Shown here: piece after piece, positions 62,055 through 64,000 of the stretch
How the letters are laid out: each line of letters begins with the position of its first letter
Position numbering within the stretch: position 1 is the first letter of the stretch
From: Narcine bancroftii
Lineage: Eukaryota
Assembly (NCBI RefSeq): GCF_036971445.1
Contig: NC_091470.1
Coordinates: 348,316,001 to 348,380,000 of the forward strand
Length of the DNA: 64,000 bases
Direction of reading: 5' to 3'
The notes under the pieces: generated by a model
What the model was told of the DNA's origin: nothing
The model's database searches: none
The model's input: the letters and a program-made list of their open reading frames with translations, nothing else
Position numbers and translations under genes: made by a program

Positions 62055-64000
62055 GGGTTGCTCCCTTGCTCATGGTACCTAATGCATCTGGGGGCTGGAG
62101 ACCATGCGGCGACTACGGTTGGCTTAATGAGGCCACCACTCCAGATAGTTACCCTGTGCCGCATATCCAGGACTTTGTGGCAAACCTGCATGGAGCAACG
62201 ATCTTCTCCAAAGTGGACTTGGTGCGAGGGTACCACCAAATCACAGTGCACCCTGACAACATCCCCAAGACGGCCATCATCATTCCATTCGGGCTGCTCG
62301 AGTTCCTGAGGATGCCATTCAGGCTCAAGAATGCGGCACAGCCCTTCCAGCGACTGATGGACGCAGTGGGCCGAGACCTGGATGACCCTTTCATCTACTT
62401 AGACAATATCCTGGTGGTGAGCAGAACCGGGGAGGAACATCTACAACACCCGAAGCCTCTACAGTCACCTACATGAGTTCGGCCTTACTATCAACCTGGC
62501 TAAATACCAGTTTGGACTGAGCACAATTGACTTCCTGGGCCACAGGATTACCAAATGCGGGCCACACCACTACCCTGCAAAGTGGAGGCTATTTGCAACA
62601 TCCCGAGGCCTGTATGACCAAAGGACTGCAGGAGTTTATGGGGATGGTCACCTTTTATTGCAGATTCATCCCTACTGCTGCTCAAGTGATGCGCCCACTT
62701 AACACCGTGACCTGGGATGATGACTCCACATGAGCGTTCATGGATGTGAAGGAAGCCCTGGCTAATGCCGCACTCCTGGCCCACCCCAGGTCAGATGCAC
62801 CCACAGCCCTCGTGGTTGATGCCTCAGGAACAGAGATTGGTGGAGTTCTGGAGCAGCAGATAGAAGGAATTTGGTGTCCGCTAGCTTTCTTCAGCAAACA
62901 CCTGTGGCCCTCTGAGCTAAAGTACAATGCTTTCTACAGAGAGCTACTGGTGCTGTACTTAGCCATCTGGTACTTCCTAGAGGGAAGAGCTTTCATGGAC
63001 CACAAACCACTGACGTTCACTTTGGCAAAGGTCTCCAACCCGTGATCAGCCCACCAGCAGAGACACTTGTTTTACATCTTGGAGTACACCACCGTCGTAA
63101 GGCACATCTTGGAAAAAGATAACATGGTCGCGGATGCCATGTCAAGACAGAGCATCCACTCTCTGGCCAACGGACTGGACTTATGGCACTGGTGGAGGCA
63201 CAGCAGCAGGATGACGAGATTCCTCATTGCAGAACTGCCGTCACAGGGCTGCAGCTTCAGGATATCTCAGTCAGCATAGGTAACACTACCCTCCCGTGCA
63301 ACATGGCCACCGGGCAGGTTCGATTATCTCACAGGGTTTCCACTACCTGTTCACAGTGGTCGACTGTTTCACCTGGTGGCCAGAAGCAAACCTCCTGGCC
63401 GACATGTCCACCAAGTCCTGCACCAAGGCACTCGTCTCGTCTTGAGTAGCAAGATTCGGGCTACCATGCCACATAACCTCCGACAGAGGCACATAATTTA
63501 CCTCCAGCCTTTGGGCCAACGTTGCCAACCTACGAGGCGTTCAGGTACACCACACAAAACCATACCATGCACAGTCCAATGGGCTGTTTGAGCGTTTCCA
63601 CAGGCACCTCAAGGCCACCCTTACGACAAGACTCAAGGGCTTCAACTAAGTGGATGAACTGCCATGGGCACTGTTGGGGATTCTTAAAGCCCCTAAGGAA
63701 GACCTCCACACATCCTCCGCTGAACTTGTCTACGGAACTCCACATTCATGGTCCCCAGGGATTTCTTCCCACCAGCCAGAGGTCAACAGGAGGATACAAC
63801 CATCTTCCTGGACAGACTGTGGGAAAAGGTCGGTAACCTGGCTCCGATCTCACCCTCCTGAAACGGGCAAGACAAGTTCAACATCCCTAAAGAACTCCAA
63901 GCCTGTGAGTCTGTGTTTGTGTGCAGAGGTCCACACTGTCCAATGCTACAAAGGCCCCTTCTGAGTCATCCAGAACAAGAGGCCACCTTCAAACTGGACA
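62055..64000 (+). mobile_element. Second Ty3/Gypsy pol relic, related family, runs off the window
   Basis: WRPCGDY, FSKVDLVRGYHQ, MPFRLKNA, YLDN, VVDASG, WMDELPWALLG-like motifs; integrase HHCC region deleted at ~63320. Confidence 0.9.

Noticed and set aside
280-64000. Remaining short ORFs in the track
   Set aside because: They are transposon fragments, antisense shadows or chance ORFs, many with non-ATG starts. I did not find the neighbouring ADGRB1 exons, which probably lie outside the window.

Overview
This is vertebrate nuclear DNA, not prokaryotic. The CR1-dominated repeats, Deu-core SINE relics and Penelope-type termini suggest a cartilaginous fish, probably a ray (inference). The window lies inside the adhesion GPCR gene ADGRB1 (BAI1) on the minus strand. 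Three consecutive coding exons are present with canonical AG/GT sites and matching phases: the GPS exon (48729-48855), TM1 (26960-27063) and ICL1/TM2 (6333-6435). The introns hold many CR1 LINEs, two large L1/Tx1 LINEs, RTE and Rex1 fragments, tRNA- and 5S-derived SINEs, hAT, Tigger and Harbinger-type MITEs, a solo LTR, two Gypsy copies and two minisatellites. Main observations: (1) a CpG-rich, promoter-like zone at and upstream of the GPS exon, with a G-quadruplex-type 46-bp array, possibly an internal ADGRB1 promoter; (2) local host sequence duplicated into or beside Penelope-like termini that carry hammerhead-ribozyme motifs; (3) a CR1 and an L1 joined 5'-to-5' inside one target-site duplication; (4) a hAT MITE mobile both as monomer and as inverted composite; (5) a minisatellite apparently born from a CR1 3' end. 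I cannot demonstrate a wholly new system; these are hypotheses read by eye. Repeat boundaries are approximate unless TSDs are given.
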